From contig JAMOPO010000057.1 of NCBI GenBank assembly GCA_027064425.1, forward strand, positions 32,001 through 96,000: 64,000 nucleotides of DNA, given 5' to 3'. The notes below the pieces were generated by a model. The model was not told the DNA's origin. It ran no database searches and was given only the letters and a program-made list of their open reading frames with translations. The position numbers and the translations under genes are program-made. Shown one piece after another: positions 1 to 9,203 of this stretch (within the stretch, counting starts at the first letter, position 1; each line of letters opens with the position of its first letter). The DNA comes from Methanobacteriota archaeon. GTDB taxonomy: Archaea; JAADCQ01; Methanopyri; Methanopyrales; Methanopyraceae.

Positions 1-462
1 CGCGTCCGCGACGCCGATCCGAGGCATGACCTCCGTGGCGCCCGTCACCTCGACCACCTCGACCTCCACGCCCACCTCCTCCTCGAAGTAGCGGCGCGTG
101 ATGTTGGGGAACTCGGTGGCGACGGTGCCCCCCTCCAGGTCCTCCGGCTCCTCCACGTCGGACTCCTCCGGGACCGCCAGCACCATCCTGGCGCGGCCGA
201 ACCGCAGGTCCAGCAGCTCCTCGACCTCGGCCCCGGACTCCACGACCAGGTCGTGCCCGGTGATCCCCAGCTCCGCCGCACCCTCCTCCACCAACCGCGG
301 GATGTCGGCCGCCCGGACGAACATGACCTCGACCTCGGGGTCGCTCGTGCCGGCCTTCAGCCGCCGGCCGATCGGCTCCTCGACCTTTATCCCCGCCCGC
401 TCCAGGAGGTTCAGCGCCGGCTCGTGCAGGCGACCCTTATTCGGCACCGCCACGGTTATCAT
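1..462 (-). CDS. hisG: ATP phosphoribosyltransferase (5' part, runs off window start)
   Basis: Manual translation MITVAVPNKGRLHEPALNLLERAG...MFVRAADIPRLVEEGAAELGITGHDL...VATEFPNITRRYF...VTGATE; not in the ORF track because the stop lies outside the window. Confidence 0.95.
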   Translation of the reverse strand, partial: MITVAVPNKGRLHEPALNLLERAGIKVEEPIGRRLKAGTSDPEVEVMFVRAADIPRLVEEGAAELGITGHDLVVESGAEVEELLDLRFGRARMVLAVPEESDVEEPEDLEGGTVATEFPNITRRYFEEEVGVEVEVVEVTGATEVMPRIGVADA

Positions 463-492
463 CCGACCGGCCCTGGCGGAGCCGCGGCGGTC

Positions 493-509
493 GCTACTAT
501 TAACGTAGC
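493..509. promoter_or_regulatory. TATA-like element (TATTAA) flanked by GCTAC/GTAGC inverted repeat in the hisG/deaminase divergent region
   Basis: GCTAC-TATTAAC-GTAGC; the only AT-rich patch in the 61-bp divergent gap. Confidence 0.45.
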
Positions 510-523
510 CGGGGCGGGCGCGC

Positions 524-1825
524 ATGCGGACGGCCGTTCTCGGCGGGGTCCTCGTCACCCCGGACGAGGTCATCGAGGACGCGGGGCTGCTGATCGAGGA
601 CGGGAAGATCGCGTTCGTGGGCACGCGGGAGGAGCTAGAGGAGTCCGAGGACTGGGAGGACGAGCTCACCCTCGACGAGCACGACGTGATCCTGCCGGGC
701 CTGATCAACACGCACACGCACGGTCCGATGACCATCTTCCGCGGCGTCGCCGACGACCTGCCGCTCATGCAGTGGCTGGAGGAGGAGATCTGGCCGCTGG
801 AGGAGCGGCTGGACGCCGAGAAGTGCCGATGGGGCGCCGCCCTGGCCGCCGTGGAGGCGCTGAAGTCGGGCACCACCTGCCTCGTGGACATGTACTTCTA
901 CATGGACGCGGTCGCGGAGGCGTACGCCGAGGCCGGCATCCGGGCCGTCATTTCCCACGGCATGATCGACCTGGGCGACGAGGACAAGCGCGAGGAGGAG
1001 CTCAAGGAGACGCGCCGAATCTACCGCAAGTGCCACGGGCTGGAGGACCTGATCGAGGTCTCGCTGGGCCCGCACGCACCCTACACCTGCTCCGAGGAGC
1101 TCCTGCGCGAGGTCCGACGGCTCGCGGACGAGTGGGGCGTGAAGATCCAGATCCACGTCGCGGAGACGCGGGACGAGGTCAAGCAGGTGAAGGAGGAGAC
1201 GGGGCGCCGGCCCGTCGAGTACCTCGACGAGATCGGGCTCCTGGGTGACGACGTCATCGCCGCCCACTGCGTCTGGCTCACGGACGAGGAGATCGACACC
1301 CTCGCCCGCCGCGAGGTTATCGTCTCCCACAACCCGGCCAGCAACATGAAGCTGGCCTCGGGCGTCAGCCCCGTCCCGGACATGCTCGACAGGGGCGTCA
1401 CCGTCACGATCGGCACCGACGGGTGCGCCAGCAACAACAACCTGGACATGCTGGAGGAGATGAAGCTGGCCGCCCTGCTGCACAAGGTCGACCGCGAGGA
1501 CCCGACCGCGACCAAGGCCCTGAAGATCCTGAAGATGGCCACGAGCTGGGCGGAGGGCGTGTACTCACTGGCGAAAATCGGCAGGATCGAGGAGGGCTAC
1601 GCCGCCGACCTCGTCATCCTGGACGGGAGCTCGCCGAGAATGAGCCCGTGCCACAGCCCGGTGTCGAACATCGTGTACTCGGCGACCGGGGCCGACGTGA
1701 AGCACGTGTTCGTGGGCGGGGAACAGGTGGTCGAGAACGGGCGCGTGACGACCGTGGACGAGGAGGAGGTGCTGGAGCGCGCCAGGGAGTGCGCCGAGCA
1801 GCTCACCGCCAGTAATCGTACCTGA
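524..1825 (+). CDS. mtaD: 5'-deoxyadenosine / MTA-SAH deaminase (amidohydrolase family)
   Basis: PGLINTHTH, GPHAPYTCS, IHVAET, AAHCVWL, HNPASNMKLASG, GTDGCASNNNLDM motifs. Confidence 0.88.
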   Translation: MRTAVLGGVLVTPDEVIEDAGLLIEDGKIAFVGTREELEESEDWEDELTLDEHDVILPGLINTHTHGPMTIFRGVADDLPLMQWLEEEIWPLEERLDAEKCRWGAALAAVEALKSGTTCLVDMYFYMDAVAEAYAEAGIRAVISHGMIDLGDEDKREEELKETRRIYRKCHGLEDLIEVSLGPHAPYTCSEELLREVRRLADEWGVKIQIHVAETRDEVKQVKEETGRRPVEYLDEIGLLGDDVIAAHCVWLTDEEIDTLARREVIVSHNPASNMKLASGVSPVPDMLDRGVTVTIGTDGCASNNNLDMLEEMKLAALLHKVDREDPTATKALKILKMATSWAEGVYSLAKIGRIEEGYAADLVILDGSSPRMSPCHSPVSNIVYSATGADVKHVFVGGEQVVENGRVTTVDEEEVLERARECAEQLTASNRT

Positions 1826-2549
1826 ACCCCAGGTACACCCCTGCACCCACGGCGGCCACGGACACGAGGCCCAGCAGGATCCACCCGGTCACGTCCGAGC
1901 GAGCCCCAGCGGCCCGCTTCAGCCCCCGCGCCAGCCGCTCCATGACCTCCTTCACCTTCTTCCCCGCCTTCTCGAAGACCGACTTCACGCCCGACGCGAT
2001 CTTACTCACGGCGTGACCGATCGCCTTACCGACGGCCCTGACGGCCTCACTCACGCCCTTACCGACGCCACCTGATCCACCGCCCTTGCCTCCGCCACCG
2101 CCACCGAACAGGCGGCTCAGGACTCCACCTCCTCCTCCGGAGGATGCGCCTCCCTTACCGCCTCCTCCTCCGCCGCCACCTCCACCGCCGGCGGACGGGT
2201 GCCCGCCGGCTCCGCCACCGCCGCCCTTGCCACCACCGCCTTTCTTCCCGCCACCACCTCCCTTACCGCCTCCTCCCGAGGGCTTGCTGGGCTTGCCGTG
2301 CGCGGCGCCCCCTCCCCCGTGACCTCCCCCGCCCCGGCCCGCGGACTTGGGCGACTTCCCCTTAGGGGCCGGGGCGGGGTGTGAGGCGGGAGGGGGCGCC
2401 GCGTGGCTTCCTCCACCACCCTTTCCTCCGCCTCCGGACGACCCCGACACCGAGGGTGCCGGGGGCGGTGGCGGCAGGACCTGAGCCTCGGCCGGGATCA
2501 GCGCCGCGAGGAGGATCGCGACGATCGCCGCAGCAGCGGCACCGCGCAA
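1803..2549 (-). CDS. Gly/Pro/Lys-rich low-complexity exported protein with C-terminal membrane anchor
   Basis: TTG start after GGGGCTGA; signal-like N-terminus (AAAAIVAILLAALIPAEA), poly-Gly/GGK repeats, amphipathic helix, C-terminal TM WILLGLVSVAAVGAGVYLGF. Confidence 0.65.
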   Translation of the reverse strand: MRGAAAAAIVAILLAALIPAEAQVLPPPPPAPSVSGSSGGGGKGGGGSHAAPPPASHPAPAPKGKSPKSAGRGGGGHGGGGAAHGKPSKPSGGGGKGGGGGKKGGGGKGGGGGAGGHPSAGGGGGGGGGGGKGGASSGGGGGVLSRLFGGGGGGKGGGSGGVGKGVSEAVRAVGKAIGHAVSKIASGVKSVFEKAGKKVKEVMERLARGLKRAAGARSDVTGWILLGLVSVAAVGAGVYLGFRYDYWR

Positions 2550-3856
2550 GCTATCAGCCCCGCCAGTGGTGATAGCGCAGTCTTTACGGCTTTTCCGACC
2601 AGGAGGAGGCCGAGCCCGACCCCGAGCGCCATCGACACCAGGTTCCACGGCTCGGGCAGCTCAGGGAGCCACCCACCGAGCCACCCGCCCGACTGCCGCT
2701 GCGCCTCGCCCGCGGTGACGTCGGAGATGCGGACCGGGATCTTCCGGTACCCTTCCAGGTACTCGGTGTACAGCCGCTTGACCTCCTCGTACTCCGGGAG
2801 CAGCTCCTCGCGGACCAGCCTGGCCGCCCTCCTCGTCTGACCGCCCTCCAGCAGTGCCGCGACCCGCTCGCACTCGCCGGACATCTCCCGGAGCAGCGAG
2901 GAGATCCGGCTCGCCAGCCCGGCCAGGTGGCGCAGCAGGTCCGCGTAGTCGGGGTGCCTCCCGGCCGACTCCTCCAGGTACCGCGCCGTCCGGCTCCAGA
3001 CCTCGGCCGCCATCGCGTACCAGTGGGCGAGCTTCCGGTAGCCCTCCGGCGTGGGCGGCACGCGGCCTCCCTCGAGCGCGTACATGTACAGCGCCTCGAG
3101 CAGGGCCTTGTCGAGCTCCGTGCGGTAATTGTCGTAGTTCGGCGGCATCTCCTGGCCGACGAAGTAGTACCCGTTCTCGAAGGTGACCGCCGGGATGCCG
3201 GCTCTGGCCACGGGCGCGGTGACCCACGGTGGTGACGTGCCCGTCTGCCGCGGGTCCACGCGGGCGCCGATCACGCCCGCCAGGGCCTCACAGATCTCCA
3301 GAGCCTTGCGGTACGAGGTGGGGTTGTCGTTCCCGTGGACGGGGCCGGCCGGGATCAGGATGAACTCTGAGACGCCCCACCAGGGCCGGTGCGCGTGCAC
3401 GTCGATGAACAGCTCCGGCCGCCCGGTGATCCCGACGCCCACCTTGCGGCCGAGCTCCTCGGGGTTCAGCACGTAGTGGAGCACGTGGTGGTAGAACGTC
3501 AGCTGGCCCAGGTCGCGGGAGACCTGGTAATCTCGCCGCCGGTCGCCGGTCGTGTAGTACTCCTTCGGTATCCTGATCCATGAGACGACGAGCGTGCCCT
3601 TGAACTCGCCGGAGTACCTCACGAACCACTGCACGGCGTTGAACATGCACTGGTGGGCCTGGTGCTCGAGCGGGTGGACGCCCAGGGAGATCCAGACGAA
3701 GTGCCCGCTCCCGTTCTTCCACACGTAGTACTCGACGGGGACGCGGTAGGTCACGCCGTTCAGCGTGACCTGGTAGACCTCCTTAAGGTGCCCGTACTCC
3801 AGCGCGGTTGCTCCCGCTGGAATCAGGGTGATCGCGAGGAGGAGCGTGGGTAGCAT
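2498..3856 (-). CDS. Exported, membrane-anchored M14-like (Zn carboxypeptidase/AstE fold) protein
   Basis: Signal peptide MLPTLLLAITLIPAGATA; GVHPLE (HxxE), FIDVHAH, AVTFE motifs; helical domain and C-terminal hydrophobic segments with basic tail. Confidence 0.6.
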   Translation of the reverse strand: MLPTLLLAITLIPAGATALEYGHLKEVYQVTLNGVTYRVPVEYYVWKNGSGHFVWISLGVHPLEHQAHQCMFNAVQWFVRYSGEFKGTLVVSWIRIPKEYYTTGDRRRDYQVSRDLGQLTFYHHVLHYVLNPEELGRKVGVGITGRPELFIDVHAHRPWWGVSEFILIPAGPVHGNDNPTSYRKALEICEALAGVIGARVDPRQTGTSPPWVTAPVARAGIPAVTFENGYYFVGQEMPPNYDNYRTELDKALLEALYMYALEGGRVPPTPEGYRKLAHWYAMAAEVWSRTARYLEESAGRHPDYADLLRHLAGLASRISSLLREMSGECERVAALLEGGQTRRAARLVREELLPEYEEVKRLYTEYLEGYRKIPVRISDVTAGEAQRQSGGWLGGWLPELPEPWNLVSMALGVGLGLLLVGKAVKTALSPLAGLIACAVPLLRRSSRSSSRR

Positions 3857-3892
3857 CCGCGGTCCCCCGGGCGCGGTGAGGGAGGAAAGTAA

Positions 3893-4034
3893 TGTACCCG
3901 GCGGCCAGGTCGCCCGGTCACGGAACGGCGTCACGGCCTACTCCCGGGCGTGACGGGTGGCTGTACCGGGAGCGTGACAGCGGGGTTCATCGCGCGGTGA
4001 ACACCGCCTCACCCCGCCGGGGGCCCCGACCGGC
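3893..4034 (-). ncRNA. Two-hairpin box H/ACA pseudouridylation guide RNA
   Basis: Two hairpins, each with lower stem, pocket, 7-8 bp upper stem and tandem-GA K-turn. ACA lies 14 nt (3964-3962) and 15 nt (3895-3893) from the upper stem. A pyrimidine tract follows; TTATAGAA is upstream at 4054-4047. Confidence 0.75.
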
Positions 4035-4074
4035 CGGAGCCTCGCCTTCTATAACTTCTCGGGGGTGCACGTGC

Positions 4075-5349
4075 GTGGTCGTGGTGAAGGAGGGTGAGTA
4101 CGCGATCCGGGACCCCTCCCTGGCGCCCAAGGGTCGGGACATGATCGAGTGGGCCCGCGACCACATGCCCGTGCTGCAGCTCATCCGGGAGCGGTTTGAG
4201 GAGGAGCGGCCGCTGGAGGGCGTCACGATCGGGATGACCCTGCACCTGGAGGCGAAGACGGCGGTCCTCGTGGAGACGCTGATGGCGGGCGGCGCGGAGG
4301 TGGCGATCACGGGCTGCAACCCGCTGTCGACGAAGGACGAGGTGGCGGCGGCGCTGGTGGAGGAAGGCGTGCACGTGTACGCGTGGCGCGGTGAGACTCG
4401 GGAGGAGTACTACGAGAACATCGACCGGGTGCTGAGCCACGAGCCGGACATCGTCGTGGACGATGGGGCGGACTGCATCACGCGGTTGCACCTGAAGTTC
4501 CCGGAGCTGGCCGAGGAGGTCATCGGCGGGACGGAGGAGACGACGACCGGCGTGCAGCGGCTCCGGGCCATGCACCGGGACGGGGAGCTGAAGTTCCCGG
4601 TGATCGCGGTGAACGACGCGAAGACGAAGTACCTCATGGACAACCGGTACGGGACGGGCCAGAGCGCGCTGGACGGGCTGATGCGGGCGACGAACGTGCT
4701 GATCGCCGGGAAGACCGTGGTCGTGGCGGGCTACGGCTGGTGCGGTCGGGGCATCGCGCGGCGGGCGCGGGGCCTGGGCGCGGACGTGATCGTGGTGGAG
4801 GTGGACCCGATCAAGGCGATGGAGGCCGTGTTCGACGGGTTCCGGGTCATGCCGATGGACAAGGCGGCGGAGGAGGGTGACATCTTCATCACGGCGACCG
4901 GCAACCGGGACGTGATCCGCGGCGAGCACATCGAGAAGATGAAGGACGGGGCCATCCTCGCCAACGCCGGCCACTTCGACGTGGAGATTGACAAGGAGTA
5001 CCTGGAGGAGAACTGCGAGGAGAAGATCGAGCGGCGCGGGGGCCTGGTCACGGAGTACCGCATGCCGGACGGGCGTCGGATCTACCTCGTCGCGGAGGGC
5101 CGGCTCGTGAACCTCGCGGCGGGCGAGGGGCACCCCATCGAGATCATGGACATCAGCTTCGCCCTGCAGGCGCTCTCGATCGAGCGGCTCGTGCAGGAGG
5201 GCGAGTCGATGGAGCCCGGCGTGTACGACGTCCCGTCCGAGATCGACCGGAAGGTCGCCGAGCTGAAGCTCGAGTCGATGGGCGTCGAGCTCGAGGAGCT
5301 CACGCCGGAGCAAAAGGAGTACCTGAGGAGCTGGAAGGAGGGCACGTGA
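4075..5349 (+). CDS. ahcY: Adenosylhomocysteinase / S-inosylhomocysteine hydrolase
   Basis: [48 protein letters not shown]; GTG start after GGGGGTG. Confidence 0.96.
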   Translation: MVVVKEGEYAIRDPSLAPKGRDMIEWARDHMPVLQLIRERFEEERPLEGVTIGMTLHLEAKTAVLVETLMAGGAEVAITGCNPLSTKDEVAAALVEEGVHVYAWRGETREEYYENIDRVLSHEPDIVVDDGADCITRLHLKFPELAEEVIGGTEETTTGVQRLRAMHRDGELKFPVIAVNDAKTKYLMDNRYGTGQSALDGLMRATNVLIAGKTVVVAGYGWCGRGIARRARGLGADVIVVEVDPIKAMEAVFDGFRVMPMDKAAEEGDIFITATGNRDVIRGEHIEKMKDGAILANAGHFDVEIDKEYLEENCEEKIERRGGLVTEYRMPDGRRIYLVAEGRLVNLAAGEGHPIEIMDISFALQALSIERLVQEGESMEPGVYDVPSEIDRKVAELKLESMGVELEELTPEQKEYLRSWKEGT

Positions 5350-5356
5350 TCCGACC

Positions 5357-6334
5357 ATGCGCGTGTTCCTGCCCGAGCCGGACGAGCGGGCCCGCCGCCT
5401 CGCCGAGGAGTACGGCCTGCGCCCCTACATGGTCGCCCGGTACCTCGAGTTCCTGGGCCGCCGAGAGACGCGCGAGATGCTCGAAAGCATCGACGACATC
5501 CGCCCCGCCATTCGCACCAACACCCTCCTCGTTGAGCCCGAGGACCTGCGGCGCCTGCTCGAGGAGGAGCGCGGCTTCAAGCTCAAGCGCTGCCCCGAGC
5601 CCATCGACGAGGGCTTCTGGGTGGTCGAGGACCCGCCCATCTCCCTGGGCGCCACCCTCGAGTACATGCTCGGGTACTACATGCCCCAAGACGCGGCCTC
5701 GATGGTGCCACCCGTCGTCCTCAACCCGCAGCCCGGGGAGCGCGTGCTCGACGCGTGCGCGGCCCCCGGTGGCAAGACCACGCACCTCGCCCAGCTCATG
5801 CGTAACGAGGGCACGCTGATCGCCATCGACGTGGACCCCGACCGGGTCCGCAAGCTCAAGAGCAACCTGCACCGGTGCCACGTGGCGAACTGCCTCGCCC
5901 TCCGCATGAACGCCCTGGACCTCCCGCAGACCAACTGGGAGTTCGACCGCATCCTCCTCGACGTCCCCTGCACCAGCGAGGGGGCCATGCACAAGGACCC
6001 CAGCCGGAAGCGCAGCCGCGATCCCGAGGACATCGAGCACTGCGCCCGCCTTCAGCGCCGGCTCCTCCGCGCCGCCGTCGAGGTGCTCAAGCCGGGCGGC
6101 GTCCTCGTCTACTCCACCTGCACGTTCTCCCCGGAGGAGAACGAGCTCAACGTGCAGTACGCGGTCGAGGAGCTGGGCCTGGAGCCCGAGCCCGTGGACA
6201 TCGACTGGGTCGAGCCCGGGCTCAAGGTGCCAGGCGTGGACCGGGAGGTGCGGCGCGCCTGCGCCCGGCTCTACCCGCACCGGCACGGGATGGAGCTGTT
6301 CTTCGTCGCCAAACTCCGCAAACCCCTCGGCTAA
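5357..6334 (+). CDS. NOL1/NOP2/Sun family RNA m5C methyltransferase
   Basis: QDAASM, VLDACAAPGGKT, ILLDVPCTSEG, VYSTCTFSPEENE. Confidence 0.92.
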   Translation: MRVFLPEPDERARRLAEEYGLRPYMVARYLEFLGRRETREMLESIDDIRPAIRTNTLLVEPEDLRRLLEEERGFKLKRCPEPIDEGFWVVEDPPISLGATLEYMLGYYMPQDAASMVPPVVLNPQPGERVLDACAAPGGKTTHLAQLMRNEGTLIAIDVDPDRVRKLKSNLHRCHVANCLALRMNALDLPQTNWEFDRILLDVPCTSEGAMHKDPSRKRSRDPEDIEHCARLQRRLLRAAVEVLKPGGVLVYSTCTFSPEENELNVQYAVEELGLEPEPVDIDWVEPGLKVPGVDREVRRACARLYPHRHGMELFFVAKLRKPLG

Positions 6335-6384
6335 GGCCCCATCGATCATTACATGATCACCAAGGGATTCCCTCGTCATCGGGG
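6323..6384 (-). ncRNA. Box C/D guide sRNA candidate
   Basis: CCCC-G-ATGACGA(C)-GGGAATCCCTTG-GTGA(D')-..-ATGATCGA(C')-TGGGGCCTTAG-CCGA(D)-GGGG; 4-bp terminal stem. Confidence 0.75.
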
Positions 6385-6389
6385 CCCCG

Positions 6390-6830
6390 TTGGACCCGAC
6401 GCTCGACTTCGAGATCACCCTCACCGAGCTGGACGTGCCCGGTCCGGTGCGGCAGGACGCGGTGGGACTCCTCAGGTGCGTGCTCGACGCCCTCGAGGGC
6501 GCCGACGCCCACATCACCGCCAAGCATCGCCGCGAGGCCCGGGCCGTGGTCGAGGCCGAGGACGTGCGAGCCAGCGTGATCGTCGAGCTGGGATCCAGGC
6601 GCCCGAGGCTCTCCGCCACGGTGGACGACCCGAGGTTCCCGGAGGACGTGCTCGTCCGCGCGTCCGAGACCGGGGTCCGCTCCTTCTCGTTCGACGTCCA
6701 GGGGGAGTCGCTGCGCCTTCAAGGACGGTTCGACGTCGGGTACGTGCAGGTCGAGGTCGTGGGCGGTGAGCTGGGTCGGGAGCTGCTGGACCGGCTGCGG
6801 GAGCGGGGGCTGCACGTCGTCGAGGTCTAG
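6390..6830 (+). CDS. Hypothetical protein
   Basis: 146-aa ORF with host codon bias filling the gap between two sRNAs; no recognised motif. Confidence 0.6.
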   Translation: MDPTLDFEITLTELDVPGPVRQDAVGLLRCVLDALEGADAHITAKHRREARAVVEAEDVRASVIVELGSRRPRLSATVDDPRFPEDVLVRASETGVRSFSFDVQGESLRLQGRFDVGYVQVEVVGGELGRELLDRLRERGLHVVEV

Positions 6831-6890
6831 GCGTCGGCAAAGGGGGAGCTCCTCATCCCGGCGTCGGCCATGCGGAGACCTCCTCATCCG
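6831..6890 (-). ncRNA. Box C/D guide sRNA candidate
   Basis: ATGAGGA(C, includes the stop of the upstream glycosyltransferase)-GGTCTCCGCATGG-CCGA(D')-CGCCGGG-ATGAGGA(C')-GCTCCCCCTTTG-CCGA(D). Confidence 0.8.
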
Positions 6891-7951
6891 GCCGCGAGCT
6901 CCTCACAGAGGGTAACGAACCTTTCGCGGGCGTTCCCACCGAACAGCTCCCGTCCCCGCTCGCCCATCTCCCGCAGCCGGTCCTCACCGGCCTCCATGGC
7001 CTCGCTGACCGCCCGCACGACGCTCTCCTCGTCCGCCGCGTCCTCCGCCGCGAAGGCCACCCCCAACCGCTCGAGCTTCTTCGCCGTCACGTACTGGTGG
7101 TCCCGCAGGACGTCCCGGCGCGGCAGGACGACCACCGGCTTCCCGAGGGCGGCCGCCTCGACCGGCGTGGCCCCGCCCAGGCACACGATCAGCCGGGCCG
7201 CCTTGAGCAGGGCGGGGAAGTCGTGGAAGAACCGGCGCGCGACCACCCGCCGGCAGCCGCCCTCGAGCCTCCGTTCCAGTCGCTCCGGGTCCATGGCCCG
7301 GCCCGTGTTCACCACCACGTCCCAGCCCTCGAGGAGCCCCCGCTCGGCGCAGGCGACCAGCGCGCGCAGCGCGGGCTCGTACCCGCCGGAGCCGGTCGTC
7401 CACACCAGGACGCGCTCCCCGAGGTCGTACTTGGAGCGGGCCTCCTCCGGGTCCGCCTCGTCGAAGGCCCGCGGGAGCACGATCCCCACGCTCACGGCCC
7501 GATCACCGTAGTACTCCTTCATGTCCCGGTCCCACACGCCGACGAGGTCCGCGCAGTACTTGGCGACGCGGCCGGAGACCGAGACGACGTCCGTGGGCTC
7601 GTAGTGGGCGACGGGCAGGCCGCGGAGCTTGCCGACGATCATGGGTCCGATGGCCACGCCGGCCCCGGTGGAGAGGACGAGGTCGGGGTCCACCTCGGCC
7701 AGCGCTCGCCGGGCGCGCAGGAGATTGCGCAGACCCCCAAGAGCCGCGCGCCAGACCGGGTCCCCCACGCGGCGCGGTCTCGGCAGGCCGATGCGCTCCT
7801 TGAAGCCGGCGCGGTCCAGCCGCTCCCGGGCCTGCTCGGAGTCCTCGTTCACGGCGAAGACCACCTCGTGACCCCGGTCCTCGAGCTCCTCGGCGAGGGC
7901 CACGGCCCGAGTCAGGTGACCCCCGTCCCCTGAAGCTATTAGCACGCGCAT
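6884..7951 (-). CDS. MurG-like GT28 glycosyltransferase
   Basis: MRVLIASGDGGHL, STGAG, TTGSGG, GGATPVEAAALGKP, RDHQY; ATG at 7951. Confidence 0.8.
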   Translation of the reverse strand: MRVLIASGDGGHLTRAVALAEELEDRGHEVVFAVNEDSEQARERLDRAGFKERIGLPRPRRVGDPVWRAALGGLRNLLRARRALAEVDPDLVLSTGAGVAIGPMIVGKLRGLPVAHYEPTDVVSVSGRVAKYCADLVGVWDRDMKEYYGDRAVSVGIVLPRAFDEADPEEARSKYDLGERVLVWTTGSGGYEPALRALVACAERGLLEGWDVVVNTGRAMDPERLERRLEGGCRRVVARRFFHDFPALLKAARLIVCLGGATPVEAAALGKPVVVLPRRDVLRDHQYVTAKKLERLGVAFAAEDAADEESVVRAVSEAMEAGEDRLREMGERGRELFGGNARERFVTLCEELAAG

Positions 7952-7976
7952 CGCCGGCCTCCCCCGGGGAGCCGGG

Positions 7977-9185
7977 TTGAGCGTCGAGGTGGGGATCGTC
8001 GGGAAGCCGAACGTGGGGAAGAGCACGTTCTTCGCGGCCGCGACCCTCTCCACGGTGGAGACGGGCGACTACCCGTTCACCACGGTCGACCCCAATAAGG
8101 GCGTGGCGCACGTCGTCTCGGAGTGCCCGTGCCGGGAGTTCGGGGTGGAGTGTGACCCCCGGAACTCCGAGTGCGTGGAGGGGAAGCGGTTCGTCCCGGT
8201 GGAGCTGATCGACGTGGCGGGTCTGGTTCCGGGGGCCCACGAGGGCCGCGGGCTCGGCAATCAGTTCCTGGACGACCTCCGGCAGGCGACGGTGCTGATC
8301 CACGTGGTGGACGCGGCGGGGGCGACGGACGAGGAGGGGCAGCCGTGCGAGCCGTGCTCGCGGGACCCGGTCGAGGACGTGCGGTTCCTGGAGCGCGAGC
8401 TGGACGAGTGGATCGCGGGCATCCTGTCGAGGGACTGGGATCGGACGGTGAAGCGGGCGAGCCTGGAGAAGAAGCCGGCGGCTGAGGTGCTGCGGGAGCG
8501 GCTGGCTGGCATCGGGGTGTCGATGGAGGACGTGGAGAGGGCGCTGGACGAGGCGGAGGTGCCGGACGATCTCGAGGAGTGGTCGGAGGAGGACCTGCGC
8601 CGGTTCGCCCGGGAGATCCGGAGGGTGAACAAGCCGGCGGTGATCGCGGCGAACAAGGCGGACATCGACTGCGCGGAGAAGTACATCAAGCGGCTGAGAA
8701 GGGAGGTCGAGTACCCGGTCGTGCCGACGTGCGCGGAGGCCGAGCTGGCCCTGCGCCGGGCGGCGGAGCAGGGGCTCATCCGCTACCTGCCGGGGGAGGG
8801 CGACTTCGAGGTCCTGAAGGAGGACGAGCTCAGCGACGAGCAGCACGAGGCGCTGGAGTTCATCCGGGAGAAGGTGCTGAAGCGGTGGGGGTCGACGGGC
8901 GTCCAGGAGGCGATCAACAGGGCCGTTTTCGACGTGGCCGGGATGATCCTGGTTTACCCGGTCGAGAACGAGAACAAGCTGACGGACTCGGAGGGGAACG
9001 TGCTCCCGGACGCGTTCCTAGTGAGGGAGGGGACGACGGTCCGGGAGCTGGCCTACAAGATCCACACGGAGATCGGAGAGAGTTTTAATAGAGCGGTGAT
9101 CGTGAGGCCAGACGGGTCCCAGGAGGTCGTGGGTGAGGATTACGAGCTCGAGCACGGTGACGTGGTCAAGATCCAGACCTCTTAG
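7977..9185 (+). CDS. ychF: Obg-family ATPase YchF with TGS domain
   Basis: [40 protein letters not shown]-terminal TGS. Confidence 0.93.
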   Translation: MSVEVGIVGKPNVGKSTFFAAATLSTVETGDYPFTTVDPNKGVAHVVSECPCREFGVECDPRNSECVEGKRFVPVELIDVAGLVPGAHEGRGLGNQFLDDLRQATVLIHVVDAAGATDEEGQPCEPCSRDPVEDVRFLERELDEWIAGILSRDWDRTVKRASLEKKPAAEVLRERLAGIGVSMEDVERALDEAEVPDDLEEWSEEDLRRFAREIRRVNKPAVIAANKADIDCAEKYIKRLRREVEYPVVPTCAEAELALRRAAEQGLIRYLPGEGDFEVLKEDELSDEQHEALEFIREKVLKRWGSTGVQEAINRAVFDVAGMILVYPVENENKLTDSEGNVLPDAFLVREGTTVRELAYKIHTEIGESFNRAVIVRPDGSQEVVGEDYELEHGDVVKIQTS

Positions 9186-9203
9186 GTTCGGGGGTGACCC
9201 CCG

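Noticed and set aside
2086-2322. Poly-proline ORF
   Set aside because: Reverse complement of the poly-Gly tract of the 1803-2549 gene
3881-3890. GAGGAAAGT resembling the RNase P RNA 5' conserved motif
   Set aside because: Not followed by the CC/P4 elements and no 3' partner motif; better explained as the pyrimidine tract after the H/ACA RNA on the other strand
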